From an uncultured virus (IMG/VR IMGVR_UViG_3300031687_001114) (Duplodnaviria; Heunggongvirae; Uroviricota; Caudoviricetes), in IMG/VR virus record IMGVR_UViG_3300031687_001114, positions 1-64,000 of that record: a DNA stretch of 64,000 nucleotides. The stretch is one strand, 5' to 3'. Below the pieces are notes generated by a model. That model searched no databases and was not told where the DNA came from. It saw only the letters and a list, made by a program, of their open reading frames with translations. Position 1 is the first letter of the stretch; the number at the start of each line of letters is the position of its first letter. Made by a program: the position numbers and the translations under genes. This document shows, one piece after another, positions 48,601 through 56,258 of the stretch.

Positions 48601-51600
48601 CGGTAGTTTAGTTACATCATAAAATGTAATAGTAGAATTATGAGTACCAGCATTATTATCTATTGCAAAACCGTTTGTTCCGTCTGTCTCTAAAGCATCA
48701 CTTATTAGTGTGCCGTTAATAAGCACTTCTATATGCGGATAGTTACCGTTTATAATTTGTAAGTTGTCTATTGCAATGTTACCTGCTTCCGGAGTTGCTT
48801 GACTAGTTACGTTGCCTGACTCAGGAGCAAAAGTAAATGCTAATGATCCAGATGTTGTTCTTTCAGTAGGAACAATAGTTGATCTGCTACCAGAATCGAA
48901 TTCCCAATTAACAGTATTGTCTTCTTCTACGGCTACTACTGTTGTGCCATTGATATTAACAATAACGTTAGTGTTCGTTGTGGCGTTTGCAGTTTCAAAA
49001 CTGTATCGCTGTCTAGGTTGGAAACGCTTAGAGCCAGTATTAAGAATAATATCTGCTGAGTTATCTAATTTTAATTTGTTTACAAGGTCATCTTTTTGTG
49101 CATCGTTGGCACTACTTACAGTAAAGTCGTTACCTGAAAGTTGTAACTTGTAGTTAGTGGACGCCGCTGTGCCCAGTGTAAGTACTGATGCTGTAACGTT
49201 AGCGTTGGTATTAGCGTTGGTGTTAATTGCTTCTGCAACAAGTGTAACATTACTAGACGAACTGAGGTCAATGAACGATGCCGCATTTGCGGAGAAGTTA
49301 TCTGTTATGCTTATACCAGTTAACACATTAGCACTAAAGGATCCTGAGCTATCTAAGAATGCATTACTAACAGCATACGGCTTACTGAAGTAAGTTGTAA
49401 TATTTGCAGTAAGTAACTGTGCCGCTACAACTGTTACACTAGGATTAATAGTATAACCATATCCTGGTTCAGTAACTGTAACATCTTTAATAGTACCGTC
49501 TGTGTTCAAGTTAACAGTTGCTTCAGCAGTTGTTCCACCTGCGTACATAAATGATCCTGGGATCTCTGCTGGTGGTCCTTCAATTTCTAAAACAGGTACA
49601 CTATAGAATTTAGTAGTTGCACCTAGTAGTTCCACTTCACTAATTACACTAACAATATCTTCCGGATAAACAATTTGTATTAATTGATTTTCGCTTGTAA
49701 TTTCTGAATCTTGTATTTTAATATCTAGTCTCTGGTTGTTTTGAACGTCACCAAAATCTCCAGACTTAAGAGCCCACTCGTCGTATACTGCTATACTACC
49801 AGGAACTAATACTTTATCACTGTTAAGTAATTTTTCAATACTTGCCTTAGTACCCTTGTCTCTAATCATACCATTGTAGAAATCGAATTGGTTATCGTCT
49901 ACAAGTTCAAACTCTCTTAGATATTTTCTTTCGGTGTAACCATACTGTCGTCTACTTGCTTCGTATACTTGTCTTTCAACTGGTACATGACCGATCTCAT
50001 TGTATCTACCCATGTCTTGTGCAAGTGTATCGTAGTTTGGCTTTAAGCCATCTTCAGTAATTAAGAAACCTTCACTCATTAACGAGCCTGTCCAGTTTGC
50101 TGTTCTCTTACCTTTAACTTTTAATCTTTTTTGTCTATGCCCAAACACTGTGTCGTAAATTGTATCTCCAAACACAGTCTTATTATTAATAAGCATAGCA
50201 TGTTCTATACTATTTGTATGGATAATAATTCCAAAAATCTGCGAGTTAGTTGGTGGAGTAACTTCAATAGTACTTCCTTCTCTAACAATTAAACAGTCTG
50301 TTGGTAAAATCTTTTTACCAGTTTCGTCTAATATACTAAACTGTCCTTTAAATGATTCTGCAATCTCGCTTATTCTACCTTCAATGGAAGTGAACTTAAT
50401 TTTTCTTGCCATTGGACTTAGGCTTAATGTATTACCAGTTGCCCACTTACCTAAACTCCAGAATAAAAATTGCTTGCCTGAATATACCCAGTCACTAACA
50501 TCATTTATTTCGTTGTTGAAGTCGTTAAAGTCGTAGCCTTGTGTTTTCTGCTTTCTTCCTAACTCAGTTAAGAACTCAAATACTTCGCCTATAGTTTTAT
50601 AAACTGTGCCGTATTCTACACGTTCTGTTACGCCAGTTCCTTCTAAGTAGTAAGTTGCTTCAGCGGCATTAACCATTGGCAATGAGCTGAGCCTTTGATA
50701 AAATTCTGTATTAGTTACTGCTGTTGCTTTTGCAACTGCACTTTTTGCCTGGTAGTAGTTGTATCCAGACTTAACAATATCGCCTGCGTTGTATGAGAGT
50801 GTAGCCCCGTAATTTGAAAAGTCTGCTGGTTCGCCTCCAACACTTACTTCTGTACGTTGCCCTTCTTTATTAGAAGGCTCAACTTCAAAGAATCTCTTAG
50901 TACTGCTGTATCCTGAAAGTTTGTAATACCCGTCTGCTGTAAGCTCAACTATTACACCAGTGTATTGGTTTGTAGTTGTGTAAGGTCCAACGTGAACACT
51001 TACTTGAATATCTTCATGTGGAAGAATTAAACTTGAACTATTACCTGTTATGCTGTAGCTATCGCTGAATACTGTCATAGTATCTTTGTCAACAAAGCCA
51101 GCAAACTTATGTCCTAGTTTACCGTTAACTGATTTAAACGGAGTAGCAAATTCTGTTTTGGTGTTTATACCATGGAATCGTAAGTACGAATCAATAAATT
51201 GTGTATACCCTGTGTTAGTAAGTAATGTTTTATTGTCAGCGGCAGTATTACCGTGTACAATTGCATCTTTAACTTGGTAACGTTTAAATGTTGTTTTGTC
51301 AAGTAGTTGTAAAGGGTTTGCTGAACTTCTAATAATTTTTTCTGGCTCTGCAAACACACTAGCAAACTTACCTGGCTTTGTGAGGAATAATGCTTCTGCT
51401 ATTGCAAAAGGATATTGCTCTGACATCTTCCAAGCATTCTCTACTGGAGCTCCATCGCCAAATTTCCATTCATTAGCAACCTTTGTAACGTCACTAGTGT
51501 ATGTAGTTGTCTGTGTATTAACTAATGAGTAATTCTCTGTGCCTGCTGTAGCAAATGTGCCTGCACCTAATATGTTGTTTGCAAGGTCAGTTGTAGTAAA

Positions 51601-54600
51601 TCTAAACTTAGGACCTACGGTGTACGGATATGCTGGAGCGCCAGCAGTATCTATTGTGGCAACATACGCCCATACGCCACTTGGAAACTCTGGAGTTACC
51701 ATAAAGCGTCCATTAAATTCGTCTAAGTCACCTGTTGCAGTATCGAACACATAGTCCTCTATGAACTCGCCTGTAGGTATTCCGCCTACTCCTAGTGCAT
51801 AAGTATCTCTTGCGTTTGTTTTTAAACTATAACTAGATACTAAACGTTTAATATCACTAGTATCGTTTAATCTGTCTGTATATCCATATGGCCCGTAAAT
51901 TGGCAAACCATCAAATGCCCAACCAATTATTGGACTATGCGTTGATGTACTCCATGCACTAAGCCCAACTGTTTTTGGACTAGGCTGTACATAACCATAG
52001 CGGTTATTTGCATCTGGGTTTCCACCTGCTGTATCTCTGCCTACTTCGTTTCTGTACATAGCATTGTAATGCCAATTGCTAGTAGTATCAATAGTAACAC
52101 CTGTGTTGCCGTTAAATACTAAACCTCCGTTAACTGCAATACCTGTATGCGTTTTAGCAGTAGTTGTGGCTGTAACAAATTGTGCCGCGGTAGATGTACT
52201 TGCATCTGAGTAATGATTGGCGTCGGTAGCATCTGCTATAACTTTTATTGTATATTTCGATGTCTTGTCTTCTACAAAAGCAGTACTATTACTAATAGGG
52301 AATGTTCCAATAACATGATTTAATAAGTTACTTGTTGTTACATTAATGTGCGTAGTGGTGCCGTCTGTTCTTTCGTTTATATGTAAACCGTCTGTAGTTC
52401 CTACAAACGAAGTTGCACTAGCTGTTGCTGTGCCAAGCTCTGCTTGAGTCCATACTGTGGTTCTAGTTGTGGACGCTGTGCTTGAAATATTTGCTGGTGC
52501 TAATAACTTAGCATCTGCGTCTACTGGTAACATACTCTTTAATCCAATACGTCTGTAAGGATTATTAATTTTGTATGCTGAATTATCTACATTCTTTGTG
52601 GTGCCTTGCCTAATGATACCGTTTTCAATATCACTCCACATTGGTTTGTTGCCACTACCATAATTAGTGTTTGTTGTTGTAATATATTGAGTGTCCCACC
52701 AGCTTGGCTTTTTAACAAGTCCCAACATTTCCCATGGATGCGTATGTGGTCTAGCAGTATCAAAACTATCTTCAAAAATGCCTCTCCAGTACCCAGCGTT
52801 TGCTGTGCCTGAGTTATAGTTCCATGTAAACGGTTTATCAACATCGTAATATTCGTTTTCAACAAAGTCCGCTTCGTTTCTTGCAATAAATTTGTTAAAG
52901 TTTTCTCTTAAAATGTTGTAGTATGCAGTTCTAGAAATACCAGTATTTCTAAATGTTCCTGGTCTAATATCGTGTACATTTAAATCTGGATAATTTAGTT
53001 TGTCTCTATAAACTTGTTGTATGCTGTTGTAAACTCTCTTTTCAAATTCTAATAAAATCTCATCTTGCTTATCGTTGTCTGCAACTGTTCTACTGCCGTC
53101 ATGTCCAACTATAACGTTAATTGCTTCTGCAAATGATGTATCAGACATAATTTTTGGTAACTGTACAGGTGTAATACCCATAGCAGATGTAGTTGGAGGA
53201 CATTGAGCACTTTCTCTATTTTTGTTAAAGAATCTAACTTTAATAGTATTGCCTAATGTTAACGTATATTCTGTTGTAAATGATAGAGTACACACGCCGA
53301 GTTTGCCAGCCATTGTATAATCTTTATCTATTAATAATAATACATCATTGCCTTTAGCATCTTGATCATAAACATGAATAGCATTTTCTATTTTATCTAA
53401 ATTTAAGAAGTTAGATAGTGTGTATTCTTTTTGTACAATATTATTAATAAGAAGTAATTCTTCATCATACCTGTCGCCTAATGCTAACATGTAACTGTAG
53501 TCAAATACTAGTTTACCTGGATTGTATGCTATGACGTTTTGTAGAACGTCTTCCAATATTGCATGGTCAGTCATTACTGTTGTATCGTTAGCATCGATAT
53601 AGCGTTTAATTTCTTTCTTTAATCTGTTTTTATATTTTAGATACTCATCGCCGTTAAACTTCATTGCATCTACAATGTTAAATTTATCGTTGCTTATAAG
53701 GAATCCTGCCATCTGCAAATCGTCGTCTGTTTGCACAATTTTGTTTGCAAGAGTTTTATCGTCATCTAGGCTAGCAAAATTGTTATCACCTAAAGCATTA
53801 CCAACTATGTTTGTTTGCTCTTGGATATAGTCCTTAACATGTTCTAAGTACTGCGGTTCACTAATAGTTAATACATCAGATTTTTCAGTATTAGCATACC
53901 AGCCTAACGGTAATTCATATCGCCCGGTTCGTTTCTTGTCTTGTATTATTCCAGTAGTTGTTGGAGTAGTAATTCTAATAGTATCATTCTTTACTACATT
54001 GAATGTTGTAAACTCTATTGCTTTTAACGTAGTGTTGTATGTCCAGTCTGCTCTACGAATTCCATTTACTTTTACTCTAATTTTAGTAGCATCAGACGGT
54101 ACAGTAGTAAGGTTCCAGAGTGTGCGTTTATTGTCGATGTCAAGTTGCGATACTTCAAAATCGTCTTCCACTTTCTGTTTAAATGAGTCTTTATGTCCAC
54201 GCCATGCTGTGTCGTAAGTAATTACTCCGTCAGTATCTGTCTTCTTATAATAACTATAACCTTTTACAAAGCTAGTAGTTGTGCCGCCGAAAGGTGTGTA
54301 ACTAATTACATCACTAGACATGTTATTATCAAACACAATTTCACTAAAGTTATTAAAGTTTTTATATTCTAATGGGAATCCTAATACACTGTCGTTAGTT
54401 GAACTAGTAAGTGCGTCCTTATAGGAAAATAACTTAGTTCCTTTGAATGATGAACTTGGATACGTTACTTCGTTGCCAACAGATTTTTTACTAGAGTCGT
54501 ATGCCGCAAATAATGGCGCTGAATTAACTTTTGTCTTTCTTTGACCAACAATCCATTTTGTTCCAGACCAGTAGTATTCTTTACCTTGATGTTGCACTCC

Positions 54601-56250
54601 AAACAGAACAGCTACAATGTCGCCTGTTACTGGAGTCCACGGAACAAAGTTTGAGTCACCGTCAACTGCTCCAACTGGATTAGTTGTTGGATGTGGCATC
54701 CTTGTTAATTTTATTCTGTTATTAAAAGTTAATGCTACACCGTCTGCAATAGTTTCTGCTTGACTTAATGTAATAGTAAGTGTGCTAGTATTAATTGTTT
54801 TTACTGTTGTATCGACACCACTAATGCCTGTGCCTTTAACTAAAGCACCAACGTAAACATCTGCCATACTATCTAGTACAACAGTAGTGGAACTAGAAAC
54901 AGCACCGTTAACAGTTTGTGTTTGCGTATCCTCTACAACATAAATGTATTTTGATATGGTTGCATCTTCGTCTGGTAATAGCAGTTTGTTAGCAAGTTTT
55001 AATCCTTGATTATCTAGTAAAGCACTAACGGCTCTGCCTTGCACTTCATTTTTAGTATAGCCTGTGCCACTTAAATCAGCACTGAATGTTGTTCCTTTAC
55101 TTCCAAAGTTATATAATTCTAAATTTCTATCAAATTCTAGGATCGGTCTTTTTGCTCTGTAAGCCTTATCAGGCAATGCAGTAGCCGATTCTGTAAATCT
55201 ATCTTTGTGATGCCAAAAGTTAATCCTACTCCAAGTATTGTTATCTTCAGCGGCCCTTTGCATAATCAAGTAGTCGGGTACTATCTGGGTGTTGCCGCCA
55301 TCCCATGGATCAGCATCAAAGCCTGCAGTACCTGTGTTCATGTATGAAAGAAACTTGCCAGTGCCTGTAACATATCCTTTCCAGTAAGTTTCACCAGTTA
55401 ATGTTATATCATCTAATCCAATAAAGAATTCGTTGTCAATTTTCTTTCCTAGTGCGTCATAGTATTGTCTAGCAGTGCCGTTGTCTTCTAATAATAATGC
55501 GGCGGCTGTAATTGCGCCTGATGGTATGTCAGATGCTATAAGCGTTGATTCCGCCGTTATAACTTCATCGTCCCACGGTGTAAATGCTGGTGTTGAAAAT
55601 ATAGCACTAAAGTTTTGATCCTTAGCATATAACACTATGCTATCGCCTACACCTTCTACGATGTATCTGATTCCTAAGTACGTTGCTGGAATAACATGTG
55701 TGCCTGCAAATTCTATAACAGCGCCGTTTTTAAGTTCTATGCCATTAGGTGAAGTATAAAACTTCTTGCCTATTATATCTTTTAAAACATTAATAGTTGT
55801 TGCACTAGTTCCGTTAACTGTAATCTTGTTTGGGCCGTCTGTGCTCCAGAAATATTCCTGGAAGTTAACTAGCTTGTCGTAATCAATTGGAGGTAAAAAA
55901 CTATAAAAATTTGTGTCAAACAATACATTTTCGTTTTTAGTATCTACGCCATAACTCGATAATTGGTTAACAAAGTCTTCGTAGAATAATACATTTGTTG
56001 CTTCGCCGGTAGATCCATCAATTGTGTTTACTACTGGCTCTAAACTGTATTTTTGTCTGCTTGGATTTGGTTCAACAATGTAGTGGTCTTGGCTGGAGTT
56101 AAATTGATCTGGCTCCTTACGTCCAATGTATGCGGAAATTGTTTCAATGTTACTTTTACTGAATAACTGTTCTACGGTACTTTCAAAAAAGTTCTTTAAT
56201 ACCGTGGTCTGTAATGCACCGGGTAACTTACTTATTTGCTTATCAGCCAT
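39640..56250 (-). CDS. Giant (5,536 aa) virion/baseplate structural protein with degenerate YHYH domain and Pro/Gly-rich linkers
   Basis: Uninterrupted 16.6-kb ORF directly after gp6-like gene; beta-rich repeats (VSGxGI...T.V, V.V..PG.GY...P.V.V); YHYH-like block ~51600-52330; C-terminal VKPYSSKIR and ERIEY..RGTRGT. Confidence 0.75.
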   Translation of the reverse strand: MADKQISKLPGALQTTVLKNFFESTVEQLFSKSNIETISAYIGRKEPDQFNSSQDHYIVEPNPSRQKYSLEPVVNTIDGSTGEATNVLFYEDFVNQLSSYGVDTKNENVLFDTNFYSFLPPIDYDKLVNFQEYFWSTDGPNKITVNGTSATTINVLKDIIGKKFYTSPNGIELKNGAVIEFAGTHVIPATYLGIRYIVEGVGDSIVLYAKDQNFSAIFSTPAFTPWDDEVITAESTLIASDIPSGAITAAALLLEDNGTARQYYDALGKKIDNEFFIGLDDITLTGETYWKGYVTGTGKFLSYMNTGTAGFDADPWDGGNTQIVPDYLIMQRAAEDNNTWSRINFWHHKDRFTESATALPDKAYRAKRPILEFDRNLELYNFGSKGTTFSADLSGTGYTKNEVQGRAVSALLDNQGLKLANKLLLPDEDATISKYIYVVEDTQTQTVNGAVSSSTTVVLDSMADVYVGALVKGTGISGVDTTVKTINTSTLTITLSQAETIADGVALTFNNRIKLTRMPHPTTNPVGAVDGDSNFVPWTPVTGDIVAVLFGVQHQGKEYYWSGTKWIVGQRKTKVNSAPLFAAYDSSKKSVGNEVTYPSSSFKGTKLFSYKDALTSSTNDSVLGFPLEYKNFNNFSEIVFDNNMSSDVISYTPFGGTTTSFVKGYSYYKKTDTDGVITYDTAWRGHKDSFKQKVEDDFEVSQLDIDNKRTLWNLTTVPSDATKIRVKVNGIRRADWTYNTTLKAIEFTTFNVVKNDTIRITTPTTTGIIQDKKRTGRYELPLGWYANTEKSDVLTISEPQYLEHVKDYIQEQTNIVGNALGDNNFASLDDDKTLANKIVQTDDDLQMAGFLISNDKFNIVDAMKFNGDEYLKYKNRLKKEIKRYIDANDTTVMTDHAILEDVLQNVIAYNPGKLVFDYSYMLALGDRYDEELLLINNIVQKEYTLSNFLNLDKIENAIHVYDQDAKGNDVLLLIDKDYTMAGKLGVCTLSFTTEYTLTLGNTIKVRFFNKNRESAQCPPTTSAMGITPVQLPKIMSDTSFAEAINVIVGHDGSRTVADNDKQDEILLEFEKRVYNSIQQVYRDKLNYPDLNVHDIRPGTFRNTGISRTAYYNILRENFNKFIARNEADFVENEYYDVDKPFTWNYNSGTANAGYWRGIFEDSFDTARPHTHPWEMLGLVKKPSWWDTQYITTTNTNYGSGNKPMWSDIENGIIRQGTTKNVDNSAYKINNPYRRIGLKSMLPVDADAKLLAPANISSTASTTRTTVWTQAELGTATASATSFVGTTDGLHINERTDGTTTHINVTTSNLLNHVIGTFPISNSTAFVEDKTSKYTIKVIADATDANHYSDASTSTAAQFVTATTTAKTHTGIAVNGGLVFNGNTGVTIDTTSNWHYNAMYRNEVGRDTAGGNPDANNRYGYVQPSPKTVGLSAWSTSTHSPIIGWAFDGLPIYGPYGYTDRLNDTSDIKRLVSSYSLKTNARDTYALGVGGIPTGEFIEDYVFDTATGDLDEFNGRFMVTPEFPSGVWAYVATIDTAGAPAYPYTVGPKFRFTTTDLANNILGAGTFATAGTENYSLVNTQTTTYTSDVTKVANEWKFGDGAPVENAWKMSEQYPFAIAEALFLTKPGKFASVFAEPEKIIRSSANPLQLLDKTTFKRYQVKDAIVHGNTAADNKTLLTNTGYTQFIDSYLRFHGINTKTEFATPFKSVNGKLGHKFAGFVDKDTMTVFSDSYSITGNSSSLILPHEDIQVSVHVGPYTTTNQYTGVIVELTADGYYKLSGYSSTKRFFEVEPSNKEGQRTEVSVGGEPADFSNYGATLSYNAGDIVKSGYNYYQAKSAVAKATAVTNTEFYQRLSSLPMVNAAEATYYLEGTGVTERVEYGTVYKTIGEVFEFLTELGRKQKTQGYDFNDFNNEINDVSDWVYSGKQFLFWSLGKWATGNTLSLSPMARKIKFTSIEGRISEIAESFKGQFSILDETGKKILPTDCLIVREGSTIEVTPPTNSQIFGIIIHTNSIEHAMLINNKTVFGDTIYDTVFGHRQKRLKVKGKRTANWTGSLMSEGFLITEDGLKPNYDTLAQDMGRYNEIGHVPVERQVYEASRRQYGYTERKYLREFELVDDNQFDFYNGMIRDKGTKASIEKLLNSDKVLVPGSIAVYDEWALKSGDFGDVQNNQRLDIKIQDSEITSENQLIQIVYPEDIVSVISEVELLGATTKFYSVPVLEIEGPPAEIPGSFMYAGGTTAEATVNLNTDGTIKDVTVTEPGYGYTINPSVTVVAAQLLTANITTYFSKPYAVSNAFLDSSGSFSANVLTGISITDNFSANAASFIDLSSSSNVTLVAEAINTNANTNANVTASVLTLGTAASTNYKLQLSGNDFTVSSANDAQKDDLVNKLKLDNSADIILNTGSKRFQPRQRYSFETANATTNTNVIVNINGTTVVAVEEDNTVNWEFDSGSRSTIVPTERTTSGSLAFTFAPESGNVTSQATPEAGNIAIDNLQIINGNYPHIEVLINGTLISDALETDGTNGFAIDNNAGTHNSTITFYDVTKLPGGELNENTPITIIERATVDFAEAYQGDLPGSTLNIKVKAEDALAARLKQQRTLEITPDDLSDSTILIDVDDSTRFIHRPTDMKTKDLWPTTKNVDFTGITDSKYTPLPNAGYISSYNVAYQAMNLNDFTGLFDIDSRPANKIPQENDVVHFAVSEHSDFNAYKLVQPTGFDATSNVAYIKFNDNLGTTMLYTDISLDAYANSNYLTDEANITNYYDNVIALKREGIALDSYYANIELADGDKMFDNTIMEVNTPVGYFLNEDQVVKNSVTISGIGYKEPLRLLIEKIEPTVSGNVSAVNYYINTSETFALDANVGTSNTVNLTYTGTTSMNDFEEGSYITFTDSSTGALNGNTYKASNVTVSPSTMATTLVDTTDTGIYSTTINGALSSATTIIITAGDNTIQVGHVVSGSGIPANTKVTAITDAVTMVVDTAVTMSNGATIQFSKRTNNYSTANSIITTFTVTESTFSSNVSSSALSLAVNNGLVFTTDMNTSTVANLGVVKINNAGYYSGVYRVVGKSATTISVYGDFVEPTSVVVSVGTTSGSTTATIASPNAVVTSGMLVSGAGITGGTTVAEVTVTGVVLSQNATATGTASLTFQDNAFGNATMMTDQVEVTLKEAHTLDTDGTDTIVNKVINIVDMEPNYYNWAWKVESVPSSTVIRLEGFGFDHPYATGGIRYVSEKEYKVHGTDTLPTTGGADSEAYLISKHDGDIMVNGAKVATAFPMHTSQEYADEINRQMAIKSGALVQCDSMYMSLTGITGIMNQVNKLMRGGSAAKGGTPYFQQGGAGMGGAGKPNSSIGHSLPVLPFVSGTPLVNNIIPNITTQNPIPSAVGRGVAYNTLQQQLVHTGLGYPQMPSNPPAPGVSIPVIANPIPTPPPNKGWPFTDPAGNPLPPQPIQTIVPPSTISKGQTGPGASVATTGTTVIDWTPLISLTQHDDPCPPPPPVPPKPPVPPVTSVFVNEMNTQGRGQTETFKYKFAEDTSQTYPVRILFDMYSAKDRLTVYQSTHAGSTGSKIAGTGVASTLSPIDKVDIHAWSGVKWQISAGMTPWQQNNVGPGQLINQGYTEHGNGFVKENGKISFTYDASKGRYITITLDKDSKTSTAFKYYMEHPADDVNGAGYPSKGSVGVGNPPPNGNQNTNLVTLANQTQIHGFPLYPPIAGMAHNFIGGYSNSRLNVGQNMIHLGGSGGYGGMGSINLPIYKTYPINQAPSGVPQFGVNGNMTSGAIFGGTGLVSGVGLNQKQNNTASTSYLSLTALQKNSTSGTVAPVSGTVNVPICKPKARVKICGQTKMVGAGDSFFINGDSISLSGSTNLTAIKKEILSQTTSVNVLITVDSATKEKCLMIRNKLSDPMIIRNGCAGGIYKEVLDYSIKQDNQVCFNKETTLTPTTTGAGATRHTVSGTSSTLDVATHVTSYTTNTVTAEQNRQALVKSSICITAGTGYEVGAIMRLMGGTPVVSQGTSGILAFTVNNPGSGYLTNGMATPITFKIGQRGEPGGGALVDYDAITYDSNGGIASVGLKLEGSGYSIDNPPTITVRGQGRDAEVSARLKPQPAVERPAKFVITGVDGYGGITDIQVIDRGIYKIFPSDLDAGVPIQYDIKRKTTGVLDSDTLGTLNKPGAGSGGRVFLTARDIPSCSEAGNALNDLGLPNGMILPRSPLGQLADDITLWSPLDENGNPWFGADEVQYGPDGRPLNPDGDNNGDGRNGSRGLTGANGGPGGGGDGTGGDLASFGELLMGGPNISGIRLSDELNPGLLQLLGITDGDYVCGTYPNFENIDSTGIDPQLDVTGSALTGANSTAGLLGRGGGWQGNLPWTQGFTLGMGLGNASTIANLYEYELRGVDGTSPVVFTNTNLTRQDVKPLLLQSMRYDTEAGLTLADHANVWIDNYGGNGWAYLESGTVIRKQETLTDIAFIDDVITYDADTAVKEFDINLYDPFKGIIPGFIDKDITYKVENDPIVYDPAYTKFGEEQVGQTWWDTSKVRYNWYEQGKGTYGQFAYNNMQRNNDWGSKFPGSEIVIYEWTRNTVPPIEYAGPGTAIDSGAYIDEKAINKRGKTITSYYYWVRGISEVSNDAMMKYNRNKSTQELEQLLDNPEGNRMPYFALVSPEAMTINKLGDLIKTEDSIVSLNFRRKESGLSQKHTSWTLAGEGNTNATIPHNLSIKVMDSLAGYNAINEIVPVAGLSEGERYGSQFRPRQTMFKDILAARKQMFETMNDIFSELQMDTVFTDWRVGLPTSTPHLITSNWFKLLRTNKVKNTKIYYNEDYRPLRRVKTEKQLKLIKNLLDKSIIQVQDTATSKYKLFEYTKTDNKFTLIAMENETVQWNKKVYTDKQQLEIGKEIRQILHHLYTKVFIGTHKLYWNKLFFSMVKFAIGEQIELSWAFKSTYLNVQKEETDLIQFKGLKVDNFSKAVEYFNEVKPYSSKIRNYRDIKKAPVEILKGSTSDFDRPPYFDEDATSVRILDASITADATILNSDTAYAGFVSSNAPVRKINTKIIIDRVNSDLYQNSLTTKTQRVIASSNLTEVPFNFIPYITDASDVSSLTVRHNDVVVPNVSASTLLAGAVTNWTYNVADNKIVFNKAYTDNPTLGGIQVGDVLDFESVHGFNPAKETLKESIAKNIISIEGTTEAAMGNTSVNWRASDREFKFNTHIRTAFVHAMDSAHGTGAGANTTITTNKAIMTNMVNDGNLNYTLSLVKTAVGGDFNGEILDANVFMDIVPGTHPTTFYTNTRGFDFFAWDEEVWDKDVTVNNFHGVFDTDSQGAVNYRVNNETVYGFDAVTFTKSGYGPDRPEELIVIQPFETLVMNVYTSNVSHGNIAIGTASSKPVRHTVFMDLFGRTDFYRSSTSGLTTVTAIVNEWDTTITVADADVLPNASASNKGVIWINSERIEYTGIDSISNKLLGIIRGTRGTTANPIIAVSSKVYNGEETQNIKLAGYRDPQDLNWLADDSDSSYVTTSLSDTSGSTDVNSIVGFIQGT

Positions 56251-56258
56251 GTTTTTTC

